This document shows positions 40,160 to 52,542 of a stretch of DNA of 64,000 nt, piece by piece. The position numbers and the translations under genes are program-made. The stretch comes from an uncultured Actinomycetota bacterium (lineage in GTDB: Bacteria; Actinomycetota; Acidimicrobiia; Spongiisociales; UBA4744), in assembly GCA_963707435.1 (NCBI GenBank), contig CAVPPF010000005.1:70832-134831 (forward strand), written 5' to 3'. How positions within the stretch are numbered: the first letter of the stretch is position 1; each line of letters begins with the position of its first letter. The notes under the pieces were generated by a model. The model was not told where the DNA came from. It saw nothing but the letters and a program-made list of their open reading frames with translations, and ran no database searches.

Positions 40160-41488
40160 TCACGTCAGGAAGCCTTCGTAGTTGCGCATCGTCAGCTGGC
40201 TCTCGATCTGTTTCATCGTCTCGAGGGCGACCCCGACCACGATGAGGATCGAGACGCCACCGAACCCAACACTGACGTCCCAAATGGCGCCGCCGATGGA
40301 GGGCAGGATGGACACAAGACCGAGGAACAGGGCCCCCGGCAGGGTGATCCGGTTGAGGATGTGCTCCAGGTGGCGGGCCGTCTGGCTGCCGGGACGCACG
40401 CCGGGAACGAACCCTCCTTGACGCTGGATCATCTCCGCCTGCCGGACCGGGTCGAACTGGATTGCCGTATAGAAATACGTGAAGAAGATGATCAAGGTGA
40501 ACAACAAGAAGATATAGAACGTGCTGACACCCTGACTGTTGCCGATGTTGATGTCGATCCAGTTGCGAACACTGGTCATGAAGCCGCCGCCATCGGATGG
40601 GATGGCCGTCGCCACTAGGACCGGGAAATACATCATGCTGGTGGCGAAGATGACCGGAATCACCCCGGCCGTGTTGACCTTCAGCGGGATATACGTGCTC
40701 TGACCGCCCATGACCCGACGACCGCGAACCCGTTTGGCGAACTGGATTGGGATTCTTCGTTGCCCCTGTTCGACGTAGATGATGCCGACGATCATCGTCA
40801 GGAACATTACGACGAAGACCAGGAAGATGGCCACCGCTCCCGGCCGGCCGGCGGTGATCGTCCCGGCATAGATCAGGGCAAAGCTGGACGGCAGCTGGCT
40901 CACGATCGAAACGAAGATCACGAGGGACATTCCGTTCCCGACACCTCGCTGCGTAATCAGCTCACCGATCCACATGATGAACGCCGTACCCGCCGTCATG
41001 GTGAGCACAATGAGCGCTACGCGTGGAGTCGTGTAGTCCTCCGGGGAAATGAGGAGAATGCCACCCGTGAGCGAGCCCCGGCTGAACAGATAGGTGATGC
41101 CGGTCGATTGCAGCAGAGCCAGAACCACCGTGAGGTAGCGAGTCCATTGGGTAATGACCTTCCGGCCCGATTCACCCTCGTCCTGGAGACGCTGCAGACG
41201 GGGGATGACGACCGCCAGCAGCTGCATGATGATGCTCGAAGTGATGTAGGGCATGATGCCGAGGCTGAAAACCGAGAATCTCTCGAGTGCTCCACCGGAG
41301 AACAGGTTGAGGAGGCCGACAATCCCGGCAGACTCCTGCTGTGCCGCCAGTTCCTGCACCTGGTTGAGGTCGACGCCCGGGACCGGGATGGCGGTCCCGA
41401 GCCGGTAGACGGCGAACATGGCAAGGGTGAACAGGATCTTCCGGCGTAGGTCCGGAATCTTGAACATGTAGCGGTAGATGGAAAGCAT
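40160..41488 (-). CDS. secY: Preprotein translocase subunit SecY
   Basis: 442 aa, 10 TM helices, conserved SecY signature. Confidence 0.97.
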   Translation of the reverse strand: MLSIYRYMFKIPDLRRKILFTLAMFAVYRLGTAIPVPGVDLNQVQELAAQQESAGIVGLLNLFSGGALERFSVFSLGIMPYITSSIIMQLLAVVIPRLQRLQDEGESGRKVITQWTRYLTVVLALLQSTGITYLFSRGSLTGGILLISPEDYTTPRVALIVLTMTAGTAFIMWIGELITQRGVGNGMSLVIFVSIVSQLPSSFALIYAGTITAGRPGAVAIFLVFVVMFLTMIVGIIYVEQGQRRIPIQFAKRVRGRRVMGGQSTYIPLKVNTAGVIPVIFATSMMYFPVLVATAIPSDGGGFMTSVRNWIDINIGNSQGVSTFYIFLLFTLIIFFTYFYTAIQFDPVRQAEMIQRQGGFVPGVRPGSQTARHLEHILNRITLPGALFLGLVSILPSIGGAIWDVSVGFGGVSILIVVGVALETMKQIESQLTMRNYEGFLT

Positions 41489-41491
41489 TGA

Positions 41492-41596
41492 CTCTCAGTT
41501 CTCAGTTGTACGTTCTTCGTTCTCGTTCTTCAATCTCGGTTTCAGCTACCGGTAGCAGGCTACTGAGTACTGAGTACTGGATACTAAGTACACCTA
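41492..41596. repeat. Heptamer-periodic array in the secY-rplO spacer: (TCTCAGT-like)x8 then (TACTGAG)x4
   Basis: ctctcagt tctcagt tgtacgt tcttcgt tctcgtt cttcaat ctcggtt ... ctactgag tactgag tactgga tactaag tacacc tactcg. Confidence 0.85.
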
Positions 41597-42061
41597 CTCG
41601 ATGACCTCCGCCGTCCCGCCGGCTTCTTCGATCTTGGCAACGGCCTCTTTGCTGAAGGCGTGCGCCTGCACGGTCAGCGCTTTGGTCAGGCTGCCTTCGG
41701 CCAGGACCTTGACCCGGCCGCGCTTTTTGACCAGGCCACGTTCCCGCAGAACATCGGGCGTGATCGTGGACTTCGCGATGAACTCGTTCAACCGGTCGAC
41801 GTTGACCACCGCGAAATACTCCTTGTTCGGATTGGTGAATCCCCGCAGTTTCGGCAAGCGGCGCGCCAGCGGCGTTTGCCCGCCCTCAAATCCGGGCCGC
41901 AGTTTGCTGCGGGCGTTCAATCCTTTGGTGCCACGCCCCGCCGTCTTTCCGCGCCGACCGCCTTCACCACGCCCGACCCGGATCCTGGCCTTCTTCGAAC
42001 CGGGGGCCGGTTTGAGATGGTGAAGCTGCAGCTTGTTGGTCTTGGTCTGTTCGTCTGCCAT
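41594..42061 (-). CDS. rplO: 50S ribosomal protein L15
   Basis: 155 aa. Confidence 0.96.
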   Translation of the reverse strand: MADEQTKTNKLQLHHLKPAPGSKKARIRVGRGEGGRRGKTAGRGTKGLNARSKLRPGFEGGQTPLARRLPKLRGFTNPNKEYFAVVNVDRLNEFIAKSTITPDVLRERGLVKKRGRVKVLAEGSLTKALTVQAHAFSKEAVAKIEEAGGTAEVIE

Positions 42062-42070
42062 ATCGTCCCT

Positions 42071-42109
42071 TACTCGTACTGAATACTGAGTACTGAGTAC
42101 TGAGTACTA
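42071..42109. repeat. Tandem heptamer repeat (TACTGAR)x5 in the rplO-rpmD spacer, running into the rpmD stop codon
   Basis: tactcg tactgaa tactgag tactgag tactgag tactac. The last unit supplies the rpmD stop (CTA on plus = TAG). Confidence 0.9.
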
Positions 42110-42298
42110 CTTCGTCTTCTCTTCCACCTTGACCAGGTGGGCAACTTTGTGGAGCATGCCTCGAACATCGGGAGTGTCCTGATGTTCGACCGTCTGCTGC
42201 ATCCGGCGCAAGCCGAGGCTGCGCACGGTAGCCCGCGTCTTGGGCTTTTGACCGATGATGCTCTTGACGAGCGTTACGGTGAGGGTCTTGTCGGCCAT
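42107..42298 (-). CDS. rpmD: 50S ribosomal protein L30
   Basis: 63 aa. [20 protein letters not shown]... Confidence 0.93.
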   Translation of the reverse strand: MADKTLTVTLVKSIIGQKPKTRATVRSLGLRRMQQTVEHQDTPDVRGMLHKVAHLVKVEEKTK

Positions 42299-42300
42299 GG

Positions 42301-42852
42301 TTATCTCTCTTCGCCAACCTGGGTGCGCAACAACTCGGTCGAGCGGTACGCAGCCAGCAAACCGGGTGGGGTGACCTCTTCGGGTCGCTTCCCCCGCAAC
42401 CTGGCAACGTCTTCCGGGCGACGCTGAGCCATCAATCCCTGCATGGTGGCCCGCGCCACGTTGAGGTGGGTTGGTGACCCGAGAGATTTTGCAAGAGCAT
42501 CACGGACCCCTGCCGCTTCGAGGATCTGGCGAACAGCCCCACCGGCAATGACGCCGGTACCGGGAGCTGCGGGCTTCAGGAGCACGCGGGAGGCCCCGTG
42601 GACTCCCACTACCTCGTGGATCAGCGTGGTCCCGGCCATGGGGACGGGCGCCATCGCCTTGCGGCCGGCTTCCATGCCCTTCTGAATCGCTGCCGGAACT
42701 TCCTTGGCCTTGCCGTATCCGATCCCGACGTTGCCGCGACCGTCGCCGACGACCACCAACGCGGTGAACGAGAACCTCCGGCCGCCCTTGACGACCTTGG
42801 CGACCCGGTTGATTTGGACGACTCGCTCATCCAGTTGTTGCATCTCGGCCAT
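42301..42852 (-). CDS. rpsE: 30S ribosomal protein S5
   Basis: 183 aa. Confidence 0.97.
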   Translation of the reverse strand: MAEMQQLDERVVQINRVAKVVKGGRRFSFTALVVVGDGRGNVGIGYGKAKEVPAAIQKGMEAGRKAMAPVPMAGTTLIHEVVGVHGASRVLLKPAAPGTGVIAGGAVRQILEAAGVRDALAKSLGSPTHLNVARATMQGLMAQRRPEDVARLRGKRPEEVTPPGLLAAYRSTELLRTQVGEER

Positions 42853-42861
42853 CGATAACTC

Positions 42862-43215
42862 CTAAAACTTCAGACCGGATTCACGCGCGGACTCCGCCAG
42901 CGCCTTCACCCGGCCATGGAACGGGTATCCGCCCCGGTCGAATACCACTTCTGTGATCCCGGCGGCTGCGGCGCGTTCGCCGAGCAGCTTCCCAACCTCC
43001 GTTGCCGTGGCAACGGTGAGGGTCTTGGCACGCATGGCCGCTTCTTGCGAGGACGCTGCCGCCAGGGTGCGGCCTGCGTCGTCGTCGATGATCTGCGCGG
43101 AGATGTATCGATTGCTGCGAAACACCGCCAGACGGGGACGGGTCGCCGTTCCGTAGAGCTTCTTGCGGACCCGAACGTGCCGACGCCGCCGGGCTTGTGT
43201 GCGTGACCCCTTCAT
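42862..43215 (-). CDS. rplR: 50S ribosomal protein L18
   Basis: 117 aa. Confidence 0.96.
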   Translation of the reverse strand: MKGSRTQARRRRHVRVRKKLYGTATRPRLAVFRSNRYISAQIIDDDAGRTLAAASSQEAAMRAKTLTVATATEVGKLLGERAAAAGITEVVFDRGGYPFHGRVKALAESARESGLKF

Positions 43216-43754
43216 CTGGCCACCCCTGCCTTTCCTGCCTTGCGCCGTACATACTCGTTCACGTAGCGAATGCCCTTGCCCTTGTAGGGCTCGGGCGGAC
43301 GTACCTGTCTGATGTCCGCGGCTACCTGGCCGACCAATTCCTTGTCGATCCCGCTCACAATGATGCGGGTTTGGTCGGGTACTTCAAAGGTGATGCCGTC
43401 GGGTGCCTTGATTTCCACCGGGTGGCTGTATCCAACCAGCAACTCGATGTCCTTGCCTTTCAGCGATGCCCGGTAGCCGACGCCGACGATGCTCAGTTCT
43501 TTCGTGAATCCCTGGGAGACACCCTCGACCATGTTGGCGAGCAGAGCCCTGGACAGGCCGTGCAGAGCACGGGTCTGCCGGTCTTCGTCGTTGCGGGTGA
43601 CGCGCGCTTCGCCCTCGTCAACCACGACGGTGATGCGCTCGTGGAAGGTTCGTTCGAGGGTTCCCTTCGGTCCTTTCACGGTGACCCCTTGCCCGGCGAC
43701 CTTGATGTCGACGCCCGGGGCGATCGGAACCGGGCTTTTTCCAATTCGGCTCAT
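43212..43754 (-). CDS. rplF: 50S ribosomal protein L6
   Basis: [19 protein letters not shown]... Start ATG 43754. Confidence 0.95.
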   Translation of the reverse strand: MSRIGKSPVPIAPGVDIKVAGQGVTVKGPKGTLERTFHERITVVVDEGEARVTRNDEDRQTRALHGLSRALLANMVEGVSQGFTKELSIVGVGYRASLKGKDIELLVGYSHPVEIKAPDGITFEVPDQTRIIVSGIDKELVGQVAADIRQVRPPEPYKGKGIRYVNEYVRRKAGKAGVAR

Positions 43755-43755
43755 G

Positions 43756-44151
43756 TCACCACACCTCGCAGATGATCTCGCCGCCGAGACGCCGCCGGCG
43801 GGCTTCCCGGTCGGGAAGCAGACCCTGGGACGTGGAGACGACGATGACGCCGAGTCCGCCCTGGGACCGGGGAAGATCGGAAGCTCCCCGATAGACACGG
43901 TGCCCGGGTGAAGAAACACGGCGGATCCCCTGGATGACTCTCGTCCGTCCGGGCGCGTACTTCATCTTGACGGTCAACTCGTGGGCAGGGCCTTTCGGCT
44001 TGACTTCAAAGCCTTCGATGAAGCCTTCCGCAGCAAGGATCTTGGCGACTTCTGCCTTGACTTTTGACGAGGGCATCGCCACGGTCCTTTTCACGGCCTG
44101 ATTGCCGTTCCGGATTCTCGTCAACATGTCCGCAATGGGATCAGTGTTCAT
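43756..44151 (-). CDS. rpsH: 30S ribosomal protein S8
   Basis: 131 aa. [15 protein letters not shown]... Confidence 0.97.
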   Translation of the reverse strand: MNTDPIADMLTRIRNGNQAVKRTVAMPSSKVKAEVAKILAAEGFIEGFEVKPKGPAHELTVKMKYAPGRTRVIQGIRRVSSPGHRVYRGASDLPRSQGGLGVIVVSTSQGLLPDREARRRRLGGEIICEVW

Positions 44152-44336
44152 TACCAGGACGCCTTTCTGATCCCGGGAAGCTCACCACGTGAAGCCAGCT
44201 CTCTCACGCAAATGCGGCACATGCCGAACTTGCGCAGGTAGGCGCGCGACCGACCGCACCGCTTGCAGCGGTTGTAGGCGCGCACCTGGAACTTTGGTTT
44301 CCGTTGTGACTTCGCAATCAAACTCTTCTTTGCCAT
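44151..44336 (-). CDS. rpsZ: 30S ribosomal protein S14 type Z (zinc-binding, 61 aa)
   Basis: [46 protein letters not shown]... ATG 44336. Confidence 0.93.
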   Translation of the reverse strand: MAKKSLIAKSQRKPKFQVRAYNRCKRCGRSRAYLRKFGMCRICVRELASRGELPGIRKASW

Positions 44337-44349
44337 ACCAACCCTCGTT

Positions 44350-44907
44350 TCACGCCCTGGCTTCAGTTCTGCGGAACGGAAAGCCGAACGCTTCGAGCAG
44401 CGCTTTGGCATGCCCGTCAGAGCCGGCAGTCGTGCAGATGGTGATATCCATCCCCCGCACCGCGGTGACTTTGTCGTAGTCGATCTCCGGAAATATCAGT
44501 TGCTCGGTGACTCCGAAGCTGTAGTTGCCCCGTCCGTCGAACGACTTGGGATTGAGGCCACGAAAGTCCCGAACGCGGGGTATGGCAACCGCAACCAGGC
44601 GATCGAAGAACTCCCACATCCGGTCGCCCCGCATCGTCACGGAAACGCCAACGGCATTCCCCTGCCGGAGCTTGAAGTTGGCGATCGATTTCCTGGCCCG
44701 GTTGAGACGGGGCTTCTGACCGGTGATGATGGCGAGCTCTTCCATCGCCGCTTCGATCTGCTTCGGCTCGGAGACGCCCTCGCCGATTCCCATGTTCACC
44801 ACGATCTTCTCCATACGGGGAATCTGCATCGCGTTGTCGAGAGCGAGCTGCTCCTTCAGGGCCGGAGCCACCTCGGTCCGGTACTTCTCCTTGAGGCGAG
44901 GGATCAC
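44350..44907 (-). CDS. rplE: 50S ribosomal protein L5
   Basis: 185 aa. Confidence 0.97.
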   Translation of the reverse strand: MIPRLKEKYRTEVAPALKEQLALDNAMQIPRMEKIVVNMGIGEGVSEPKQIEAAMEELAIITGQKPRLNRARKSIANFKLRQGNAVGVSVTMRGDRMWEFFDRLVAVAIPRVRDFRGLNPKSFDGRGNYSFGVTEQLIFPEIDYDKVTAVRGMDITICTTAGSDGHAKALLEAFGFPFRRTEARA

Positions 44908-45209
44908 AGGTCACCTCCGCACTTCACGCAAGTCCGGTGCTTGACACCGTCGGCGTCGATCCGGTGTCCGACCCTGGTCGGTCCGCAGTCGGGGCAGACA
45001 ATCATCACGTTGGAGGAATGAATCGGCATGTCTTTGTCGATGATGCCTCCCTGCATCGTTTGGCCGCGGGGAGCCTGATGCTTCTTGGCCGTGTTGACGC
45101 CTTCCACGATCAGCTTGTTCGTCTTCGGCATCACTCGGACCACGCGCGACTCTTTGCCGGCGTCCTTGCCGGAAATGACCTTGACCTTGTCTCCTTCGCG
45201 CAAACGCAT
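44904..45209 (-). CDS. rplX: 50S ribosomal protein L24 with a C-terminal C4 zinc-ribbon extension
   Basis: 101 aa. KOW motif; C-terminal CPDC...CVKC. Confidence 0.95.
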   Translation of the reverse strand: MRLREGDKVKVISGKDAGKESRVVRVMPKTNKLIVEGVNTAKKHQAPRGQTMQGGIIDKDMPIHSSNVMIVCPDCGPTRVGHRIDADGVKHRTCVKCGGDL

Positions 45210-45577
45210 CAGATGACCTCCGGGGCAAGCGAGACGATCCGCATGAACTTCTTGTCTCGCAGTTCTCGAGCCACGGGACCGAAGATGCGGGTGCCACGCG
45301 GCTGCTGGTTCTGGTCGATGATCACGCAGGCGTTGTCATCGAATCGGATGTACGTGCCGTCGGGACGCCGGTACTCCTTGGCGGTCCGCACCACGACTGC
45401 CTTGACGACTTCGCCGCGTTTGACGGTGCCACCGGGAATGGCGTCCTTGACGGTGCCGACGATGATATCGCCCAGCCCGGCGTAGCGTCGGCGAGATCCA
45501 CCCAACACCCGAATGCAGAGCAGTTCACGGGCGCCGCTGTTGTCGGCGACCTTGAGCCGCGATTCCTGCTGGATCAT
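45209..45577 (-). CDS. rplN: 50S ribosomal protein L14
   Basis: 122 aa. Confidence 0.97.
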   Translation of the reverse strand: MIQQESRLKVADNSGARELLCIRVLGGSRRRYAGLGDIIVGTVKDAIPGGTVKRGEVVKAVVVRTAKEYRRPDGTYIRFDDNACVIIDQNQQPRGTRIFGPVARELRDKKFMRIVSLAPEVI

Positions 45578-45837
45578 CGGGCACGCTCCACAACTTCAAT
45601 GACCCGCCAGCGCTTGGTCTTGGACAAAGGCCGCGTTTCGACGATCCGGACGGTATCGCCCAGCTTGGCGTCGTTGGCTTCGTCGTGGACGTGGAATTGC
45701 TTCCTGGATCTCACAACCTTGTCGTAACGCGGGTGACGCATCGACTGCGTGATCTCGACGGTGATCGTCTTGTCACGGGCGTCGGAAACCACCACGCCGA
45801 CTCTCGTCTTGCGTGTGGCACGCTCCTCGACCATCAC
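45574..45837 (-). CDS. rpsQ: 30S ribosomal protein S17
   Basis: 87 aa. Confidence 0.96.
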   Translation of the reverse strand: MMVEERATRKTRVGVVVSDARDKTITVEITQSMRHPRYDKVVRSRKQFHVHDEANDAKLGDTVRIVETRPLSKTKRWRVIEVVERAR

Positions 45838-46067
45838 GTACCTTCCTTTTCCAGGGCCTGCTGCTGCGCAGCCCAGGCCTCGAGTTCCTGCTCCCGGATC
45901 AGCGTTGCGAGCCGGGCAATGTCCTTGCGCAACTCACCGAGGCGGGCTGTGTTGTCCAGTTGATTGGTTGCGAGCTGGAAACGAAGATTGAAGAGTTCTT
46001 CTTTCGACTCTTCCAATCGCTCCTGCAGTTCTTGCGCAGTGAGTTCGCGCAGATCTTCGGCTTTCAC
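45834..46067 (-). CDS. rpmC: 50S ribosomal protein L29
   Basis: (V)[38 protein letters not shown]... GTG start at 46067, directly after the rplP stop. Confidence 0.9.
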   Translation of the reverse strand: MKAEDLRELTAQELQERLEESKEELFNLRFQLATNQLDNTARLGELRKDIARLATLIREQELEAWAAQQQALEKEGT

Positions 46068-46477
46068 GTTTCCTCCCGCGTCACAAACTTGGTCTTGATG
46101 GGAAGCTTGTGTCCGGCGCGGCGCATCGCTTCGCGAGCCATGTCCTCCGGTACTCCGGACAGCTCGAACATGACCCGTCCCGGCTTCACCACTGCAACCC
46201 AGAACTCCGGGTTGCCCTTGCCGGAACCCATGCGCGTCTCGGCGGGTTTCTGAGTGACCGGTTTGTCGGGGAAGATGGTTATCCAAACCTTCCCGCCACG
46301 CTTGACGGTTCTCGTGATCGCCACGCGAGCGGATTCGATCTGTCGAGCCGTGATCCAGCCCTCTTCCAGAGCCTTGATCCCGTACTCGCCGAAGGAGACC
46401 CTGGTTCCGCCTTTGGCATTGCCACGCCGGCGACCCCGGTGCATCTTCCGGTACTTGGTTCGTTTTGGCATGAGCAT
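46064..46477 (-). CDS. rplP: 50S ribosomal protein L16
   Basis: 137 aa. [11 protein letters not shown]... Confidence 0.97.
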   Translation of the reverse strand: MLMPKRTKYRKMHRGRRRGNAKGGTRVSFGEYGIKALEEGWITARQIESARVAITRTVKRGGKVWITIFPDKPVTQKPAETRMGSGKGNPEFWVAVVKPGRVMFELSGVPEDMAREAMRRAGHKLPIKTKFVTREET

Positions 46478-47637
46478 TAGGCATCACCGCCCTTGCCGTT
46501 CGACGGGTCGGCCGCGCCATCCTCAACCGCAGCTTCTTCAGCGGCATCGGCGGCAACCGGTTCCTCGGTCGCTTCGGTTACGGCCGGCTCGGCGATGGTC
46601 CCGGCAGCCACGACCTCTTTGGTCTCTACGTCGGCGGTGGGCTCCTCGACGAGTTCGTCGGGAGCGCCGGCAACCGGGCCGTCGACCTCTACGATCTCTT
46701 CGAAATCCTCGGCCGCAATGTCCGGTGCGCCTACTTCATCGACCGCTACCGTCTCGACCTCATCCTCGTACTCGCTCTTCGCCAGTTCGGGAGCAATCCG
46801 CTTGCCGCCCCCCGCCTCGATGAGGCGCTTGCCGTCTCGCTTGCCGCCACCGGCTTCGATGAGGCGCTTGCCGCCGCCGGCTTCGATCACCTTGGAACCC
46901 CGCTCGCCTCCCACGGCGTGCTCGGCTCGTGCCTTGGCAGGCGCCACGCGGCCCGGTGCACCGGAGGCGAGGGCAGCCTCAGCGGCAACTTTCTCGCGGG
47001 TGACCTTCAACGAGGTGACGACGTCGCCCTTGTAGACCCAAACCTTGATCCCGATGGCACCGACGGTGGTGCGAGCGGTGGCAGTCCCGAAATCGATGTC
47101 GGCCCGCAACGTATGCAACGGTACGCGACCTTCGCGGTACCACTCACGACGGCCCATGTCGGAACCGCCCAGGCGGCCGTTGGACTCGACGCGAACTCCT
47201 TCCGCTCCCGCTTTCATGGCAGTGGCAACTGCTCGTTTCATGGCGCGACGGAACGAGACGCGGTTCTCGAGTTGATCTGCGATGCCGCGAGCCAGCAGCT
47301 GCGCATCGGTCTCCGGATCCCGAACCTCGATGATGTTGAGCTTCACCCGGCGGCCGCTGAGTTTCTCCAGCCCGGCGCGGAGCCGATCGGCCTCCGACCC
47401 TTTCCGTCCGATGACGACACCCGGGCGGGCGGTGTGGATCTCGACGACGACTTTGTCGCGGGTTCGCTCGATCTCGATACGGGACACGGCGCCGCGGGTC
47501 AGCTCCTTCTGGAGATAGTCGCGGATCTGCCAGTCTTCATTGACGAGCTCTGTGTATTCCTTGTCGCTGTACCAGCGGGACTTCCAGTCCGTCACTATCC
47601 CGAGACGGAATACGTACGGGTGTACTTTCTGGCCCAT
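46477..47637 (-). CDS. rpsC: 30S ribosomal protein S3 with a long acidic C-terminal extension of about 150 aa carrying three LIEAGGGKR repeats
   Basis: 386 aa. Canonical S3 through about residue 230, then [32 protein letters not shown] and a Glu/Ala/Val/Asp-rich tail. Confidence 0.95.
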   Translation of the reverse strand: MGQKVHPYVFRLGIVTDWKSRWYSDKEYTELVNEDWQIRDYLQKELTRGAVSRIEIERTRDKVVVEIHTARPGVVIGRKGSEADRLRAGLEKLSGRRVKLNIIEVRDPETDAQLLARGIADQLENRVSFRRAMKRAVATAMKAGAEGVRVESNGRLGGSDMGRREWYREGRVPLHTLRADIDFGTATARTTVGAIGIKVWVYKGDVVTSLKVTREKVAAEAALASGAPGRVAPAKARAEHAVGGERGSKVIEAGGGKRLIEAGGGKRDGKRLIEAGGGKRIAPELAKSEYEDEVETVAVDEVGAPDIAAEDFEEIVEVDGPVAGAPDELVEEPTADVETKEVVAAGTIAEPAVTEATEEPVAADAAEEAAVEDGAADPSNGKGGDA

Positions 47638-47978
47638 TACGCCTCATCCTCCTCGGAAACCACAATCGTGATGTGGCTGGTTCGTTTGCGGATTCTCGTT
47701 GCCCGGCCGCGCGCCCTGGGCCGCCAGCGCTTGAGGGTGGGACCCTCGTCGGCGAAGGCCTCGACGACGACCAGTTCCCCGGCGTCGAGAGCGAAGTTGT
47801 GCTCGGCGTTGGCCACGGCCGAATTCAGCACCTTGACCACCGGGTCGGCTGCGCGGCGGTCGGTGAAGGCCAGCACGTGGCGGGCCTCCTCGACCGGGAG
47901 TCCCCGGACCAGGTCGAGCACCCGCCGTACCTTGTACGGCGACTGTCGAATGTGTTTTGCGTGGGCGCGCACCTTCAT
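47637..47978 (-). CDS. rplV: 50S ribosomal protein L22
   Basis: 113 aa. Confidence 0.96.
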   Translation of the reverse strand: MKVRAHAKHIRQSPYKVRRVLDLVRGLPVEEARHVLAFTDRRAADPVVKVLNSAVANAEHNFALDAGELVVVEAFADEGPTLKRWRPRARGRATRIRKRTSHITIVVSEEDEA

Positions 47979-48259
47979 CCTCGCCTCGCTGCCTTATCTC
48001 GTGCTCCCGCATGGCCGCGGAAGGTTCTCGTCGGAGCAAACTCACCGAGCTTGTGACCGACCATCGATTCTGTGATGTACACGGGGACGTGCTTGCGCCC
48101 GTCGTGCACAGCAATGGTATGCCCGACCATCTCGGGGATGATCGTGGACCGCCGACTCCAGGTCTTGATGACCCGCTTCTCACCCTTGCGGTTGAGTTCG
48201 TCGACCTTCTTGACGAGATGATCGTCGATGAAGGGTCCCTTTTTCAAACTGCGAGCCAT
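47975..48259 (-). CDS. rpsS: 30S ribosomal protein S19
   Basis: 94 aa. [10 protein letters not shown]... Confidence 0.97.
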   Translation of the reverse strand: MARSLKKGPFIDDHLVKKVDELNRKGEKRVIKTWSRRSTIIPEMVGHTIAVHDGRKHVPVYITESMVGHKLGEFAPTRTFRGHAGARDKAARRG

Positions 48260-48307
48260 CGACTTACCTCCGACCCTTCATGAAGCCTGCAACGGGAGTC
48301 CGCATCT

Positions 48308-49141
48308 TCAGCGCCTCCCCTTCTTCGAGCGCCGACGCACAATGTCCTTGTCGCTGGCTTTGTTCTTCTTCCTGGTCCGGCCTTCCGGCTTGCCCCACGG
48401 GCTCACCGGGTGGCGGCCGCCGGACGACTTGCCCTCTCCTCCACCGAGCGGATGGTCCACCGGGTTCATTGCCACGCCCCGGGTCTGCGGACGGACGCCC
48501 TTCCACCGGGACCGTCCTGCCTTGCCGGTCTTCACCAGTTCCGACTCCGGATTCCCGACCTCGCCAACCGTTGCCCTGCAGTCGAGCTCAACGTTGCGCA
48601 TCTCGCCGGAGGGCAGGCGAAGTAAAGCCTTGTTTCCTTCTTTGCTCATCAGCTGGACCGCGGCGCCTGCGGAACGAGCGATTTTGGCACCGCCACCGGG
48701 ACGCATCTCGATGGCGTGCACGGTCGTCCCGGCCGGGATGTTTCGCAGAGGAAGAGCGTTGCCGGGTCGAATCTCGGCACCCGAGCCGGACTCGAGGACG
48801 GCTCCCGGCTTGATGCCGAGCGGAGCAAGGATGTAGGTCTTTTCGCCATCGGCATAGTGCAGAAGCGCCAGGCGGGCATTCCGGTTCGGGTCGTACTCAA
48901 TGGCAGCGACCTTGGCAGGAATCCCATCCTTGGTGCGGCGGAAATCGACGATGCGGTAGCGCTGCTTGTGACCACCGCCTCGATGCCGGGAGGTGATACG
49001 ACCGTGCACGTTGCGACCGCCGGTTGAGCTCTTCTTGTCGATCAGGCCCTTCTCCGGCTTCTTCTTGGTGATCTCCGAGAAGTCCGAGATCGTCTGGAAG
49101 CGCCGGCCCGGCGATGTTGGTTTCAGTTTCCTTACAGCCAT
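48308..49141 (-). CDS. rplB: 50S ribosomal protein L2
   Basis: 277 aa. Confidence 0.97.
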   Translation of the reverse strand: MAVRKLKPTSPGRRFQTISDFSEITKKKPEKGLIDKKSSTGGRNVHGRITSRHRGGGHKQRYRIVDFRRTKDGIPAKVAAIEYDPNRNARLALLHYADGEKTYILAPLGIKPGAVLESGSGAEIRPGNALPLRNIPAGTTVHAIEMRPGGGAKIARSAGAAVQLMSKEGNKALLRLPSGEMRNVELDCRATVGEVGNPESELVKTGKAGRSRWKGVRPQTRGVAMNPVDHPLGGGEGKSSGGRHPVSPWGKPEGRTRKKNKASDKDIVRRRSKKGRR

Positions 49142-49149
49142 AACAAGTC

Positions 49150-49226
49150 CTCAGTTATCAGTTCACAGTTCTCAGTACCAGCCAAGCCGTCTGCCGACGA
49201 CCGATAACTGACAACTGATAACTCGC
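49150..49226. repeat. Inverted repeat built from CAGTTAT-type heptamers in the rplB-rplW spacer; predicted long RNA hairpin
   Basis: tcagttatcagttcacagttctcagta...N25...cgataactgacaactgataactcg. The 11-bp core AGTTATCAGTT is mirrored by AACTGATAACT. Confidence 0.75.
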
Positions 49227-49240
49227 GATACGTCTTCATC

Positions 49241-49528
49241 TCACACACCAAATATGTCGATCGAGTCGCCGGGGGCCAGGGTCACGAGGGCACGCTTGGT
49301 GTCTCCGCGTTTGCCGACGACCCATCCCGTCCTTTTCAGCTTGCCCTTGCGGTTCATCGTGTTCACCTTCAGGACCTCCACGTCGAACACGCGTGAAACG
49401 GCCTGGCGGATCTCGGTCTTGTTCGCCCGCCGATCGACCACGAAGGTGTACGTATTCAGATCCTCGATCAGGTCGTACGATTTCTCCGAGACGACCGGGG
49501 CGAGGATGACGTCACGAGGGTCTTTCAT
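49241..49528 (-). CDS. rplW: 50S ribosomal protein L23
   Basis: 95 aa. Confidence 0.96.
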   Translation of the reverse strand: MKDPRDVILAPVVSEKSYDLIEDLNTYTFVVDRRANKTEIRQAVSRVFDVEVLKVNTMNRKGKLKRTGWVVGKRGDTKRALVTLAPGDSIDIFGV

Positions 49529-50331
49529 GACTTCTCCCCTTCCTTCTCGAAGTCTTCTTCTGAATCAGCCCCAGCTGACGAAGCGGTGCCCTTGGGCGCC
49601 GGTTCGTCCAACGGCTCCGGCGCAGCCGGAGACGCAGCTTCGTCCAACGCCTTCGACTCCGTCGAAGGCGCCTCCATAACGAAGTCCTTCTCCGACACGT
49701 CGTAGGAGCCGGCCGCAGCCGAACCGAGCGTATCGGTCGTGAACAGCACCGTGTCCGCCCACAGCACGTCGTATGCGGACAGCTGCCCGGAACGTGTGAG
49801 CATCACGTGGGGAAGATTACGGAACGAGCGTTCCGCGACCCGATCCGCCGGCCCGAGCACGATCAAAGCCTTGCGGGTGGCACCGACGGCTGCGAGGAGG
49901 GCGCTCGCCTTCTTCGTCTTGGGCTCGGCCCAATCGAGTGTTTCCACGACTTTGATGCTCCCCTCGGATGCTCTCGCCGAAAGTGCACTCCGGAGTGCCA
50001 GCTTCTTCATCTTCTTCGGGGTTCGCTGGCTGTAGTCACGCGGATGAGGACCGAACACGACGCCACCGCCGACCCACTGGGGGGATCGGATGGAACCGTG
50101 GCGGGCTCGCCCGAGTCCCTTCTGGCGCCATGGTTTCCGGCCGCCACCCCGAACTTCACTGCGGGTCTTGGTGCTGGCCGTGCCGGACCGGGCCGCGGCG
50201 CGCTGAGCGTTCACGACCTGGTGCATGACCGGTATGTTGGGTTCGATCCCGAATACGGCAGGGTCAAGGGGAACGTCGCCCTTCGGCGTGCCGTCACTCG
50301 CGAACAGCGGAGCTTGGACTACCTCAGGCAT
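49525..50331 (-). CDS. rplD: 50S ribosomal protein L4 with an acidic C-terminal extension of about 55 aa
   Basis: 268 aa. Core L4, then ...[49 protein letters not shown]. Confidence 0.95.
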   Translation of the reverse strand: MPEVVQAPLFASDGTPKGDVPLDPAVFGIEPNIPVMHQVVNAQRAAARSGTASTKTRSEVRGGGRKPWRQKGLGRARHGSIRSPQWVGGGVVFGPHPRDYSQRTPKKMKKLALRSALSARASEGSIKVVETLDWAEPKTKKASALLAAVGATRKALIVLGPADRVAERSFRNLPHVMLTRSGQLSAYDVLWADTVLFTTDTLGSAAAGSYDVSEKDFVMEAPSTESKALDEAASPAAPEPLDEPAPKGTASSAGADSEEDFEKEGEKS

Positions 50332-50962
50332 TGGCCTTCACCGCCTCCCGAACGAGCACGACCGAACCGGAAGGTCCGGGAACGGATCCTCCCAGCATCA
50401 GGATCCCGCGCTGGGCATCGACATCGACAATCTCCACATTGAGGGTGGTCACCCGTTCGCCACCCATCCGGCCCGGCATCTTCTTGCCCTTGAAGACGCG
50501 GGCAGGCGTTGCACAAGCGCCGATCGAACCAGGCGCCCGGTGCACCTTGTGCACGCCATGACTGGCTCCCTGGCCGGAGAAGTTGTGGCGTTTCATGACG
50601 CCCTGGAATCCTTTTCCCTTTGAGATGCCGGCGACGTCGGCCTTCCCACCCTTGACCAGCACATCGGCGACCGTGATCTCCTGCCCTACCTTGTAGTCCT
50701 CCGGGTTGTCGACCCGGATTTCAACCAGGTGGCGGCTCGGCGCTACCCCGGCAGCGGCATAGTGGCCGGCCATGGGTTTGTTCACCTTGCGAGCGGGCAA
50801 CTCCCGGAACGAGATTTGAATGGCCGAATAGCCGTCGGCCTTTTCCGTCTTGATCTGCGTGACGAAGCACGGACCGGCCTTGATGACCGTGACGGGGATG
50901 GCCCTGGCCTCATCGTCGAACACCTGGGTCATTCCGAGCTTCTCGCCGAGAATCGCCTTCAC
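50324..50962 (-). CDS. rplC: 50S ribosomal protein L3
   Basis: 212 aa. Confidence 0.97.
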   Translation of the reverse strand: MKAILGEKLGMTQVFDDEARAIPVTVIKAGPCFVTQIKTEKADGYSAIQISFRELPARKVNKPMAGHYAAAGVAPSRHLVEIRVDNPEDYKVGQEITVADVLVKGGKADVAGISKGKGFQGVMKRHNFSGQGASHGVHKVHRAPGSIGACATPARVFKGKKMPGRMGGERVTTLNVEIVDVDAQRGILMLGGSVPGPSGSVVLVREAVKANA

Positions 50963-51273
50963 AGCTTGATCTCCACTTCTACACCGGCGGGAAGGTCGAG
51001 ACGCATGAGCGAGTCAACCGTCTTGGGAGTCGGCTCGAGTATGTCGATGAGCCGCTTGTGGATGCGCATCTCGAAGTGCTCCCGCGAGTCCTTGTCGACA
51101 TGGGGCGATCGGATGACGCAGTAGCGGTGAATCTCCGTTGGGAGCGGCACCGGGCCCTTGATCTTCGCCTGGGTGCGCACCACCGTCTCGGCGATTTTCC
51201 GCGCGGACTCGTCGACCACTTCGTGGTCGTAAGCCTTCAGTCTGATGCGGATCTTCTGTCCTTGGTCTGCCAT
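50959..51273 (-). CDS. rpsJ: 30S ribosomal protein S10
   Basis: 104 aa. Confidence 0.97.
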   Translation of the reverse strand: MADQGQKIRIRLKAYDHEVVDESARKIAETVVRTQAKIKGPVPLPTEIHRYCVIRSPHVDKDSREHFEMRIHKRLIDILEPTPKTVDSLMRLDLPAGVEVEIKL

Positions 51274-51281
51274 GTTCGCTC

Positions 51282-51336
51282 AACTCTGTTTCGTTCACGT
51301 ACTCAGTACTGAGTACTAGGTACTGGGTACTCGGTA

Positions 51337-51339
<3 letters not shown>
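51282..51339. repeat. Heptamer-periodic array (CTNNGTA)x about 8 in the tuf-rpsJ spacer, overlapping the tuf stop codon
   Basis: caactct gtttcgt tcacgta ctcagta ctgagta ctaggta ctgggta ctcggta ctag. The final GGTACTAG supplies the tuf stop TAG. Confidence 0.9.
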
Positions 51340-52527
<1,188 letters not shown>

Positions 52528-52542
52528 GGGATAGCCTCCTGG

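Noticed and set aside
50225-50260. tRNA-like T-loop GGTTCGATCCC
   Set aside because: It lies inside the rplD coding region. No acceptor or anticodon stems can be formed around it.
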